Assembly: GCA_964449585.1 (NCBI GenBank)
Contig: CAYUZE010000005.1
Location: forward strand, 46,596 to 110,595
Direction: 5' to 3'
Source of the DNA: an uncultured Gammaproteobacteria bacterium
Lineage (GTDB): Bacteria; Patescibacteriota; Microgenomatia; UBA10105; UBA927
DNA: 64,000 bases
Shown here: one piece after another, positions 39,085 through 47,417 of the stretch
Position numbering within the stretch: position 1 is the first letter of the stretch
Layout of the letters: each line of letters opens with the position of its first letter
Position numbers and translations under genes: made by a program
Notes under the pieces: generated by a model
Told to the model about the DNA's origin: nothing
Seen by the model: only the letters and a program-made list of their open reading frames with translations
The model's database searches: none

Positions 39085-39425
39085 TAGCCTCAAAAAAGTG
39101 AGTTTAGCGCGTATTGATGGGCTAAATAAAACCGAAAACGTGAAGTGCTAGCAGGAGTCACCCGTGGAGCGCTAAGCTATGTGTTTTTATTTGCCTGCTC
39201 ACGAAAGAATGAGAATTGTAAGGCTAAAGTCGCATATATGGAGCGTCAATACGCTCTGTTCTATCATTGCTGGGAAGTTATTTTAATCGAGTATTTAGCC
39301 TCAGTAAATATCGTTTGGAGCGTATTAATGCGCTAAATAGCGACATGTCATGGGTACCGGATGCGCATAGGGCAGGGAGTTTAGCCTCAAAATATTGCAT
39401 TTGGAGCGTATTAATGCGCTAAATA
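39085..39425. repeat. Three copies of a roughly 45-nt element (TATTTAGCCTCA-N-TTGGAGCGTATTAATGCGCTAAATA) with terminal inverted repeat TATTTAGC/GCTAAATA and an internal palindrome
   Basis: Copies at about 39085-39128 (degenerate), 39296-39339 and 39382-39425; the last two are nearly identical over about 25 nt. Confidence 0.65.
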
Positions 39426-39984
39426 ATTTTCACAATAAAAAACCCGAACGCCCATTTTTTGCCTGTTTATTCGCCATACAATCGGGAAGAAATGTTCAAT
39501 CGATCCGCAGCGCATGGAATAGCCACGACGCGTATGCGGAAGAGAGGTGGCTTAGGACCTATCTCCCTCGGTGTGGGAGTGCTGATAAAAACTGCCCCTG
39601 GCTCTGGGGCAATTTTGGCGGTTTCCCTGCCCGGGGGAAGAACTTGCTATGTAGTCGCACAATAATACTTTTGCGACGTTACGAAAAAGACCCTGCCCGG
39701 AGAAGTGGTTTATCCGACCGTATTGTCGTTCCATTGTTTTTGTCATTTGGTTTGTACAAACGGATGCACATTGCGGCAAATATTTCGTATATATTCCCCG
39801 GTTTGTCCGACGGCTATTTTTTGTCCGATATTTTTTACGGTCGTCGGCGCCATCGTCCGTATTTTGCCCGGTTATCCCGTCAAAACGCGCTAACCTGTTT
39901 TCTGTCGGATACATGAGATGATCGCTCATACGTCTTTCGTAAATCAGGGGCCTTCTAGGTCATTACAGGGGCTCAAATTTGAGG

Positions 39985-40683
39985 CTATTTTTGATGAAAC
40001 CGATAGGTGCCAAAAACCCTGGTTTTCGACGGGTGTGCACCCGCGTTTGTGGTAATAAGCGATACTTCATTTGCAGTAATGTTCCCAAACGGCATGTCGG
40101 TATATGCGGTAAGTTGTTCAAGAAATTTCTGTTGCGGCGTATGGGTATATCGGCAGATGGTGATATTGGCAAATACCATTTCATCGGTAAAATAGGTTTT
40201 GTCATCGGGCACGCCGGTTACGACAAGTTGGTGCCGCAAGGTGCGTACGAACGCATCATACCGAGGCTCGATGAGTGCGATAACGGAAATACTCGTCGGC
40301 ATGCTGAGTATGCCGAACAAGGGAAAAGAAAACGGTTCATAAGCCGGTACGACGGCGCCAATTGCCGTATCTGCCTTGGTGATATCAGCCGAAGTAAAAT
40401 GCGGCGGATTGTTGATCACGCGAACGTTTTGAATTGTCAAATGCAGACTGTCGCGGTTGTAATAGTAAAAATTCGGCTCAATGGTTTGGAGCGTTTTGAT
40501 AATCTTTTCGTAGATAACAGTTGCAACATCTTTGCCGACGAACGATACTGCCGTCAGACATAACTGCGGATCGTTCGCATAATCCGTTTGCATCGGAACG
40601 ATGGTTGAGGAAGTGCTTCCGCGGGAAAGGGATGACTCCATTTGGCGCATCAAAACAAGCTGTCTTTTCTGGTATGAGGTCAT
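39985..40683 (-). CDS. Hypothetical protein, possibly 2H-phosphoesterase (LigT-like) with degenerate second HxT motif
   Basis: Single HLTI motif (SLHLTIQNV); second expected HxT/S replaced by NITI; weak assignment. Confidence 0.3.
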   Translation of the reverse strand: MTSYQKRQLVLMRQMESSLSRGSTSSTIVPMQTDYANDPQLCLTAVSFVGKDVATVIYEKIIKTLQTIEPNFYYYNRDSLHLTIQNVRVINNPPHFTSADITKADTAIGAVVPAYEPFSFPLFGILSMPTSISVIALIEPRYDAFVRTLRHQLVVTGVPDDKTYFTDEMVFANITICRYTHTPQQKFLEQLTAYTDMPFGNITANEVSLITTNAGAHPSKTRVFGTYRFHQK

Positions 40684-40744
40684 GAAAATATTCTACCATA
40701 TTGACATGACTCTGATGTCGTACAATTATAGATTGTAACGACGT

Positions 40745-41698
40745 ATGGATATTGATGCGCTTATTAAAGACTTTCTGGAATACCTAGAAATTGAGCGAAA
40801 TGTTTCGCGACTTACCATTCGCAACTATTCGCATTATTTGGGGCGTTTTTTTCACTTTTTGACCGGTCCCCGCGACCCCTCCTCCCCTCCCCTGTCCGTG
40901 AAAATCGTGAAAATTTCGGAGATCAATCCGGAAAATATTCGGCAATACCGTTTGTATTTGGCGCGATTTGTCGATGAAAAAGGCATGAGTCTCAAACGCG
41001 TCACGCAAAATTATCACCTCATTGCATTACGCAGTTTCCTCAAGTATCTGGCAAAACGCGATATTGCTACCGTCTCGCCGGATAAAATCGACCTTCCGAA
41101 GGCGGAAAGTCGTTCTATCAAATTTTTGGAACACAACGACATGGAGCGTCTCCTCAATATGCCCGATATGAATACCAAAGAAGGAGTGCGGGACAAAGCG
41201 ATGCTTGAAGTGCTTTTTTCGACGGGGCTCCGCGTCTCCGAATTGGTGAGTCTCAACCGTGATCAGATCAATCTTGATCGACGTGAATTTAGCGTCATCG
41301 GAAAAGGTAGACGCACGCGCATCGTCTTTTTGTCGGAACGGGCGGCAGAATGGTTACGCAAATATCTTGCTACCCGCGAAGACGATCTTCGGCCGGTCTT
41401 TATCCGGTATAGCGGCAAGACGCCCGACGAACACGATACAACGGGAGAATCGGTGCGGCTAACCTCCCGTTCCGTACAACGATGCGTCGAAAAATACGTC
41501 AAGAAAGCAAAGCTGCTGGTCAAAATTACCCCGCACGGACTGCGGCATACGTTTGCCACCGATTTGTTGGGCAACGGCGCCGATCTCCGGGCGATCCAGG
41601 AGTTATTGGGGCATAAAAACGTCTCCACTACCCAAATCTATACGCATATCACCAATCCGCAGCTGAAGGAAATTCACGACAAATTTCATAGCAAATGA
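40745..41698 (+). CDS. xerC: Tyrosine site-specific recombinase, XerC/XerD-like
   Basis: N-terminal SAM-like core-binding domain; catalytic box HGLRHTFAT...LLGHKNVSTTQIYTH with catalytic Tyr. Confidence 0.85.
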   Translation: MDIDALIKDFLEYLEIERNVSRLTIRNYSHYLGRFFHFLTGPRDPSSPPLSVKIVKISEINPENIRQYRLYLARFVDEKGMSLKRVTQNYHLIALRSFLKYLAKRDIATVSPDKIDLPKAESRSIKFLEHNDMERLLNMPDMNTKEGVRDKAMLEVLFSTGLRVSELVSLNRDQINLDRREFSVIGKGRRTRIVFLSERAAEWLRKYLATREDDLRPVFIRYSGKTPDEHDTTGESVRLTSRSVQRCVEKYVKKAKLLVKITPHGLRHTFATDLLGNGADLRAIQELLGHKNVSTTQIYTHITNPQLKEIHDKFHSK

Positions 41699-42732
41699 CC
41701 CAAAAAACAAATCTCTCAGGGCTTCGGGTAACGGTCTTGTACAATAAGCCTTCTGCCAGATTTTCCCGTGACGCGACGCATGTGGTAGCCGAAGAGGACA
41801 CTGAGGAATCGGCACACGAAATAGCCGAAGCGCTCAAGCGAAAAGGCATGGTTCCCATGCTTGCGCCGATTACCGAACATACCAGCCGTACAGTGATCGA
41901 AAATCTTCCCGATGATTTAGTATTCAATCTTATCGAGTGGACTGGCATTGACACGCCGTACGCGATCAAGGCATATGAGTACATGCACGCGAGGAATCTT
42001 TTTTATACCGGAGCAGCCCTTGATACGTATTTGCTTTCCTGCGATAAATCGGTGATGAAAGCGCGGCTTGATGAAGAACACCTTCCCACGGCTCGGTGGC
42101 AGCTTTTTAAAACGGGTGAGGAAACGGTACGCGAGGATTTTCATTACCCCTTAATCGTCAAAGTCAGCAGCGAACATTCCAGCGTGGGACTGACGAAAGA
42201 AGCGGTCGTACGAAATGTCGCTGAAGTAAAAACGATGGTGAAGAAACGGCTTGCCGAATACCGCCAACCGGTATATATAGAGGAGTTCCTGACGGGACGT
42301 GAATTTCAGGTGACGTTACTTGAGCGCGAAGGCGGGCTCGCCGTACTGCCGATTTCGGAAGTGCAATACACGAAAACAACCGATGTGCCGTTTTTGACCT
42401 ACAACAGCAGGTGGGATGCGACGCATCACGACTATGATAATTCACGGGTGCTGCTGGCAAAGCTGACCCCTGATATGGCAAAGAAAATGCACGACATGAG
42501 TGTGAGGGCATTTCGTACGTTCGGCTACCGTGATTATGCCCGCTTTGATGTACGATGCAACGGTGACGAACCGATGTTCCTGGAGATAAACTCCAACCCG
42601 GGGTTAAGCGATGATGAAGAATACGGTATGACCGTTTCCTACAAGGCGGTCGGCATGACATTTGCCGATGTCGTAGAAGCAATCGTCCGTTCGGCGCTCC
42701 GGCGCAAAAAGGGCATCACGGCTACGGGATAA
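41695..42732 (+). CDS. ddl: D-alanine--D-alanine ligase family ATP-grasp enzyme
   Basis: ATP-grasp motifs (YPLIVKVSSEHSSVGLTK, EEFLTGREFQVTLL, FLEINSNPGLS). Confidence 0.7.
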   Translation: MTQKTNLSGLRVTVLYNKPSARFSRDATHVVAEEDTEESAHEIAEALKRKGMVPMLAPITEHTSRTVIENLPDDLVFNLIEWTGIDTPYAIKAYEYMHARNLFYTGAALDTYLLSCDKSVMKARLDEEHLPTARWQLFKTGEETVREDFHYPLIVKVSSEHSSVGLTKEAVVRNVAEVKTMVKKRLAEYRQPVYIEEFLTGREFQVTLLEREGGLAVLPISEVQYTKTTDVPFLTYNSRWDATHHDYDNSRVLLAKLTPDMAKKMHDMSVRAFRTFGYRDYARFDVRCNGDEPMFLEINSNPGLSDDEEYGMTVSYKAVGMTFADVVEAIVRSALRRKKGITATG

Positions 42733-43315
42733 ATACCCGTGCGGTCTCGGTGCGGAAGTACGGGAGGGATTCCGGATCACGGGCGACCACCATCATTAGT
42801 TGCGGCTGCCATTTTCTGATGAGGCGAAATTTTTTACCGTTTTTTTTCAGTTTTTTCCGCTTATAGTCAAAGTCCCACCATCGCGCGCGAAAATCACTCC
42901 AGTCATAGGACTTTCGTTTCCCGGTCGCACTATCAAAAAGGACAATCCGTGACTTGCTGGAAAGATACGAGGCGACCATTGCCCAGTGTCCGCTCTCTTC
43001 CTGCGGACGATATTTATCATCCAAATCGTAGAGGTAGGATACGATTACCGCCCGTTGTTCTTTCGGACGATATTTGAGCGCACTCTGCAAATGTTGGAGC
43101 GTCGCGTACTCCATGACCATGACACAGAGGCCGAGTTTGTTTGCGGCTTCTATCATGTGTTTTGTAGAGGTGCCGTTCCTTCCCGTTTTGCAGAGGGTGA
43201 TCAAACGTTTCATGGAAACGCGAAGACCCAAATATTCCGCAACATGCTTAAGCGACGTCGGGCCGCAGGTTATGTCGTCGGGTTGTTGGATTGGTTTGAT
43301 GTTTTTTCTACCCAT
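42722..43315 (-). CDS. Stand-alone C39-family (papain-like) cysteine peptidase domain protein
   Basis: Q...ITCGPTSL Cys motif and downstream SGHWAMV His motif in C39-like spacing; no fused ABC transporter. Confidence 0.45.
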   Translation of the reverse strand: MGRKNIKPIQQPDDITCGPTSLKHVAEYLGLRVSMKRLITLCKTGRNGTSTKHMIEAANKLGLCVMVMEYATLQHLQSALKYRPKEQRAVIVSYLYDLDDKYRPQEESGHWAMVASYLSSKSRIVLFDSATGKRKSYDWSDFRARWWDFDYKRKKLKKNGKKFRLIRKWQPQLMMVVARDPESLPYFRTETARVFIP

Positions 43316-43489
43316 AGTAATGAATATGCCGACGATATAAAAAAACGAGAGTGTCCTTGCGGAGCGAAATCCTGCGCCGCAGGACGTTTCGAATAACCAT
43401 TTTACCCCGCCGAAAAATCGCCATCAAGACCTATAGTTGGTCAATTGACAGTTTGAAGCTAATCCCGCAGGCGTGCGGGTTGCCTGAGG

Positions 43490-44227
43490 TTACTGGATCT
43501 CGTAGCTTACGCTCACGTTCACCGAAAGCTCGGATGTACCGGGTTCCACTTCGGTAGGCGCCCCGCCGCCGGAAATCGGCATGGCTTTTTCCGCGGTATC
43601 GTACATCATCGGTCTTGGGGCGGCACCGTTTCCCTCACTGTAATTGATGACGCGGCCGAGCGTAAATCCTGCTGCCTTTGCCGCGGCTTCCGCTTTTGCT
43701 TTGGCATCGGCAACCGCCGCTTCGCGAGCCTGGTTTTCAGCTTTTGTTTTGTCATCAACGTCAAAACTCACGCCGCCGACTTCATTTGCACCTTCGCGGG
43801 TGGCGGCATCGATAACGCTGTTTGCCGTGTCGATCTTCCGTACTTTGACGGTAAGATTCGAGCTTGCCTGATAGCCGGTTATCCGTTGCGAGCTTGCGGA
43901 ATAGTCATACATCGGAGAGATGTGATAGTAACTTGTCTTGATATCTTTCGCATCCACCCCAAGCTTTTTCACCGCACTACTAATCGCGTTCATTTTTGTA
44001 TTGAGTTCGTCTTGCACTTTGGTAACGGTTGCTCCCTGTGCGGACACGCCCAACGAAACAACGGCAACATCGGGAATCATCGTCACTTTTCCCTCGCCGT
44101 GTACGGTAAAGGTATCGGTCTTGGTGGTCGTGACGCTGTTTATGGAAAACGGGAGGGGTCCCGCGAGTTTTGTATAGGCAAACAGCATAATGAAGAAAAG
44201 AACGATTGCGCCGGATATATCTTTCAT
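43490..44227 (-). CDS. SIMPL-domain (DUF541/YggE-like) protein
   Basis: N-terminal TM anchor then SIMPL-like domain; Ala/Lys-rich segment; start set at MKDISG. Confidence 0.6.
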   Translation of the reverse strand: MKDISGAIVLFFIMLFAYTKLAGPLPFSINSVTTTKTDTFTVHGEGKVTMIPDVAVVSLGVSAQGATVTKVQDELNTKMNAISSAVKKLGVDAKDIKTSYYHISPMYDYSASSQRITGYQASSNLTVKVRKIDTANSVIDAATREGANEVGGVSFDVDDKTKAENQAREAAVADAKAKAEAAAKAAGFTLGRVINYSEGNGAAPRPMMYDTAEKAMPISGGGAPTEVEPGTSELSVNVSVSYEIQ

Positions 44228-45093
44228 ACGGTACCTCCTTGCTGTATAGTACATGCTTTTACGAGATTTTGCATAAGACATGCGACGTTGACCGGTCCGA
44301 CCCCTCCGGGGGTCGGCGTATAGTGGGATGCAACGGATGCAATATCCGCTTCATCATAATCCCCCCGAAGCTTCCCCTCGGTATCCCGCCAAATCCCGAC
44401 GCTGATAAGGATCGCTCCTTTTCGCACCGCCGGGGCGGAAACGACCGCCTGTTTTCCGACGCAGGAAATGATGATTTCGGAAGAAGCGAGCACTTCGTTC
44501 GGATCAGGGGTTTGTGAATGGATTATAGACGTCGCACAATCATGCTTTTCGAAATAGCGGCGGATGGGCTCCCCTGCCGTTTCTCCTCTGCCGATAATGG
44601 TGATTTTTTTCGTACGAAGCCACTGCCAAATCGCCTCTTCAGTAACAGCGATTTCTAAAGTTTCCTTGGCAACAACCGCAAGTATCTCCCCTACCGCAAG
44701 GGCGACGGGTACTTCATACGGACTACCGGGGAGAAACCCGTCAATATCTTTTTCTGCACGGATCTTTTTTAACACATCGGCAACACCTCCCACCTCGGTG
44801 GGGATAGGCCGTTGGACGATAAGACCGTGAACCGCGTTATCTTTATTGAACCGGTTGATCAGATTGTAGAGTCCGCCTGAGGTAAGGGACGGAGGGTGTT
44901 GTTCAAAAATGACACGGGCACCTATTCGTTCAGCCGCTTTTTGCTTTTGTTTAATGTAGGCAAGACTTGCCGGGTCATCTCCTACGAGAATGACGGCAAG
45001 AGTGGGCATGCTCCCCTGCTTTGTGAGGACGTTACCCTCTTGGGTAAGTTCGGTGAGGATTCGGTCAGCGATGAGTTTTCCGTCGATACGCAT
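44224..45093 (-). CDS. folD: Bifunctional methylenetetrahydrofolate dehydrogenase/cyclohydrolase
   Basis: MRIDGKLIA N-terminus, YxxxK active site region, Rossmann GxGxxxG (IIGRGETAG). Confidence 0.85.
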   Translation of the reverse strand: MRIDGKLIADRILTELTQEGNVLTKQGSMPTLAVILVGDDPASLAYIKQKQKAAERIGARVIFEQHPPSLTSGGLYNLINRFNKDNAVHGLIVQRPIPTEVGGVADVLKKIRAEKDIDGFLPGSPYEVPVALAVGEILAVVAKETLEIAVTEEAIWQWLRTKKITIIGRGETAGEPIRRYFEKHDCATSIIHSQTPDPNEVLASSEIIISCVGKQAVVSAPAVRKGAILISVGIWRDTEGKLRGDYDEADIASVASHYTPTPGGVGPVNVACLMQNLVKACTIQQGGTV

Positions 45094-45976
45094 ACAGGCG
45101 TTCAGCCAGTGCCGACCAGTTGAGTTCAGGGAGCACCATGGCAGTGATAATCAGTATACCGCCAAGCATTGCGGGAAGCGAGGGGGTGGTTTTAAACATG
45201 ACGGCATCAAACAGCAAGACAAACACAATTTCACTCAACATAACAAGGCTTCCCAATTGCGCGTCCAATTTGCGAAAACCGTGGATAACAAGGAGGGCGG
45301 TGAGGATAAAAATAACGCCGATAAGCAAACTGGCTCCTTGGGCAGATGACACTTCGGTAATCGGCCAAGGTTCTTTCATTGCGTATGAAATCGCCATAAA
45401 GAGCGGTACCGCCAATGCGTTATCAAGAAAAGTAAGTTGGATTGCAGGATAGTCCGTAATTTTTTTTGAGGAGATTCCCCAAAACGACGAGGATACTCCC
45501 GAAAGGAATGCTAACAGTACAAAGAACGGTCCGTGGAGCGATACGCCGACGCCGTACACCAGAAGCAATCCCAAAAGCGCCAATCCCAATGATACCCATC
45601 GAAGCGGCGTCGTTTTTTCTCCGAACATGATCGCGCCCAGGGCAAATCCCGCAACCGTCATTCCGCCGTAAAAAATAAAATACGAGAGGCTGACGGGTAA
45701 CACGTTTACCGTCACAAAAAACAAAATAAACGATGTACTTCCCGCGAGCATCCGGAGCACAATCCAAAGCCATGCGGTTTTTTTAATCGGCAACCATGTT
45801 TTGTAGCTCCATACGATTAGAAGCGCCGCCAAAAGATATTTTGTCCAGCTCTGATAAAACAACGGCAGCGAGTAGCCGATGAATTTTGATATGAACCCAA
45901 CGGTCGCATACAAAAATGTCGCGCCGATAAGGCTGGCCATACCGCTGATATGGTTTTTTGTTATTGCGCGTTTCAT
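45065..45976 (-). CDS. EamA/DMT-superfamily transporter
   Basis: 10-TM duplicated EamA architecture. Confidence 0.55.
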   Translation of the reverse strand: MKRAITKNHISGMASLIGATFLYATVGFISKFIGYSLPLFYQSWTKYLLAALLIVWSYKTWLPIKKTAWLWIVLRMLAGSTSFILFFVTVNVLPVSLSYFIFYGGMTVAGFALGAIMFGEKTTPLRWVSLGLALLGLLLVYGVGVSLHGPFFVLLAFLSGVSSSFWGISSKKITDYPAIQLTFLDNALAVPLFMAISYAMKEPWPITEVSSAQGASLLIGVIFILTALLVIHGFRKLDAQLGSLVMLSEIVFVLLFDAVMFKTTPSLPAMLGGILIITAMVLPELNWSALAERLYAYRRKTHR

Positions 45977-46068
45977 GCGGCTAAGTATAGCATCTTCTCC
46001 GTTTTATCAGGTAGCCGTTGACATTGTAGAGGTAATCCTCTGTAATGGAAGGAAGAGGAGTTTTTTTT

Positions 46069-46812
46069 ATGGAAAATAAATCAACCAGTGTTGCCATTAT
46101 CGTAAGTGCGGTGCTTTTTGTCGTTCTTTTGGGAGCGGGAGGCATGTTTCTGCCGTCTTGGGGAAAACTTGAGCTTGCGCCGACAAAGACCGTGACGGTG
46201 GTGGGAGAAGCAAAATCGCAGGAAAAAAGCCAGATTGCCGTCTTTTCTGCCGGTGTTAATGCGTTTAGCGATGACAAAAATACGGCGGTAAGTGACGTCA
46301 ATAAAAAAGTTGAAGCGATTATCACGGCGGTTAAGGAATTCGGCGTACCGGTTGCAGATATAAAGACCCAGAGCCTCAATATATATCAGAATCAAGAGCA
46401 GTATTATGATACCGACGGTCGGCAACGGTATCGAGCGGGACAATGGAATGTAAGTAACACGGTTGAAATAAAGTTGAAGGATGTGGATCGTGCCGGCACC
46501 CTAGCCAGTGTGCTGACAAAGACCGGCGCCAATAACGTCTATGGCCCGAACTTTACGTTTGACGATACCAGCGAGCAGGCAACGGCACTTTTGGATGCCG
46601 CCTATAAAAATGCAGAAGCGAAAGCCATGAAAGTCGCCCAGAGCACGGGAAAGAAATTAGGAAGTGTGGTGAGTGTGTCCGAGGCGGGTGCCGCCTCGCA
46701 GGTGATGCCGCTGTATCGTATGGAAGGCGGCGGTGGCGGCGGTGGAGGTGCCGTTGAACCGGGTAGCGGGACGGTAAGTAAAACCGTAACCGTCACTTTT
46801 GAACTGAAGTAA
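46069..46812 (+). CDS. SIMPL-domain (DUF541) protein, paralog with poly-Gly tract
   Basis: Same architecture as the 43490-44227 protein; GGGGGGGG run near the C-terminus. Confidence 0.6.
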   Translation: MENKSTSVAIIVSAVLFVVLLGAGGMFLPSWGKLELAPTKTVTVVGEAKSQEKSQIAVFSAGVNAFSDDKNTAVSDVNKKVEAIITAVKEFGVPVADIKTQSLNIYQNQEQYYDTDGRQRYRAGQWNVSNTVEIKLKDVDRAGTLASVLTKTGANNVYGPNFTFDDTSEQATALLDAAYKNAEAKAMKVAQSTGKKLGSVVSVSEAGAASQVMPLYRMEGGGGGGGGAVEPGSGTVSKTVTVTFELK

Positions 46813-46833
46813 AGCGCGCTATACTGGCACGCA

Positions 46834-47415
46834 ATGTCACAACGCATTGAGGCGAGCCCGTTGTATCAGATATTTCTTGCTCCGCCAAAAGAACACGATC
46901 GTGTGGAATTGATCGGATGGCGGAGTAAGGTCGTCCCCTTCTCCCGTCCGACCCGCAGGCTTGGCGATCGCGATTGGATTCTTCTGACGGGTTGCTTTGA
47001 CGGGAAAGCCCTTTCCGAAGGACATCTTTCCCTTTTTCAGGCATTGGCGAGTATAGCCCCCCTCATTGTTGCGGTGGAGTCGGATGAGACGCTTTTGTGG
47101 AATAAAGGAATGTTCCGCCCGTATATGCATCAGGAAGATCGGGCAGCCCGCGTCGCGAAGCGTCCAGAGGTGGCTGCCGTCATCCCCTTTTCCGATGTGG
47201 TGTTTTACGGTGGCAGGTACCCTGTCCAAAAAAGCCGCGCACGGTTTGTCGAACGTTTCACCATACTTCACCCGCCGATGGTACCCATCGCATCGGAAGA
47301 TCCGTTGAATGCCTACCCGTTTGGAATGAATGCCGATGCGAAACGCATCGGGGCGACCCGTTTGGTCTATGAGTATTACCCTTCCCAATCCACGTCACAA
47401 CGGCTGGGATACTGA
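46834..47415 (+). CDS. Nucleotidyltransferase-like protein (possible CoaD/cytidylyltransferase-like fold)
   Basis: GCFDGKALSEGHL loosely resembles the GTFDxxxxGHL motif of HxGH nucleotidyltransferases; weak. Confidence 0.3.
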   Translation: MSQRIEASPLYQIFLAPPKEHDRVELIGWRSKVVPFSRPTRRLGDRDWILLTGCFDGKALSEGHLSLFQALASIAPLIVAVESDETLLWNKGMFRPYMHQEDRAARVAKRPEVAAVIPFSDVVFYGGRYPVQKSRARFVERFTILHPPMVPIASEDPLNAYPFGMNADAKRIGATRLVYEYYPSQSTSQRLGY

Positions 47416-47417
47416 GG

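Noticed and set aside
38767-39425. Possible CRISPR array, because of the many short direct repeats
   Set aside because: Repeat units are heterogeneous (8-nt iterons, 45-nt TIR elements) and irregularly spaced. There are no uniform repeat-spacer units and no cas genes anywhere in the window.
39395-39929. Two overlapping opposite-strand ORFs (173 aa and 125 aa) as genes
   Set aside because: They overlap each other inside the repeat region, have low-complexity, Arg/Cys-rich junk-like translations, and show no motifs. They are most likely spurious.
38710-39984. Chromosomal oriC
   Set aside because: Not confirmed. Only one perfect DnaA box (TGTGGATAA) was found, and there is no dnaA/dnaN nearby. 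The iterons keep an origin-like role possible, so it is retained as a hypothesis in the findings rather than annotated as a feature.
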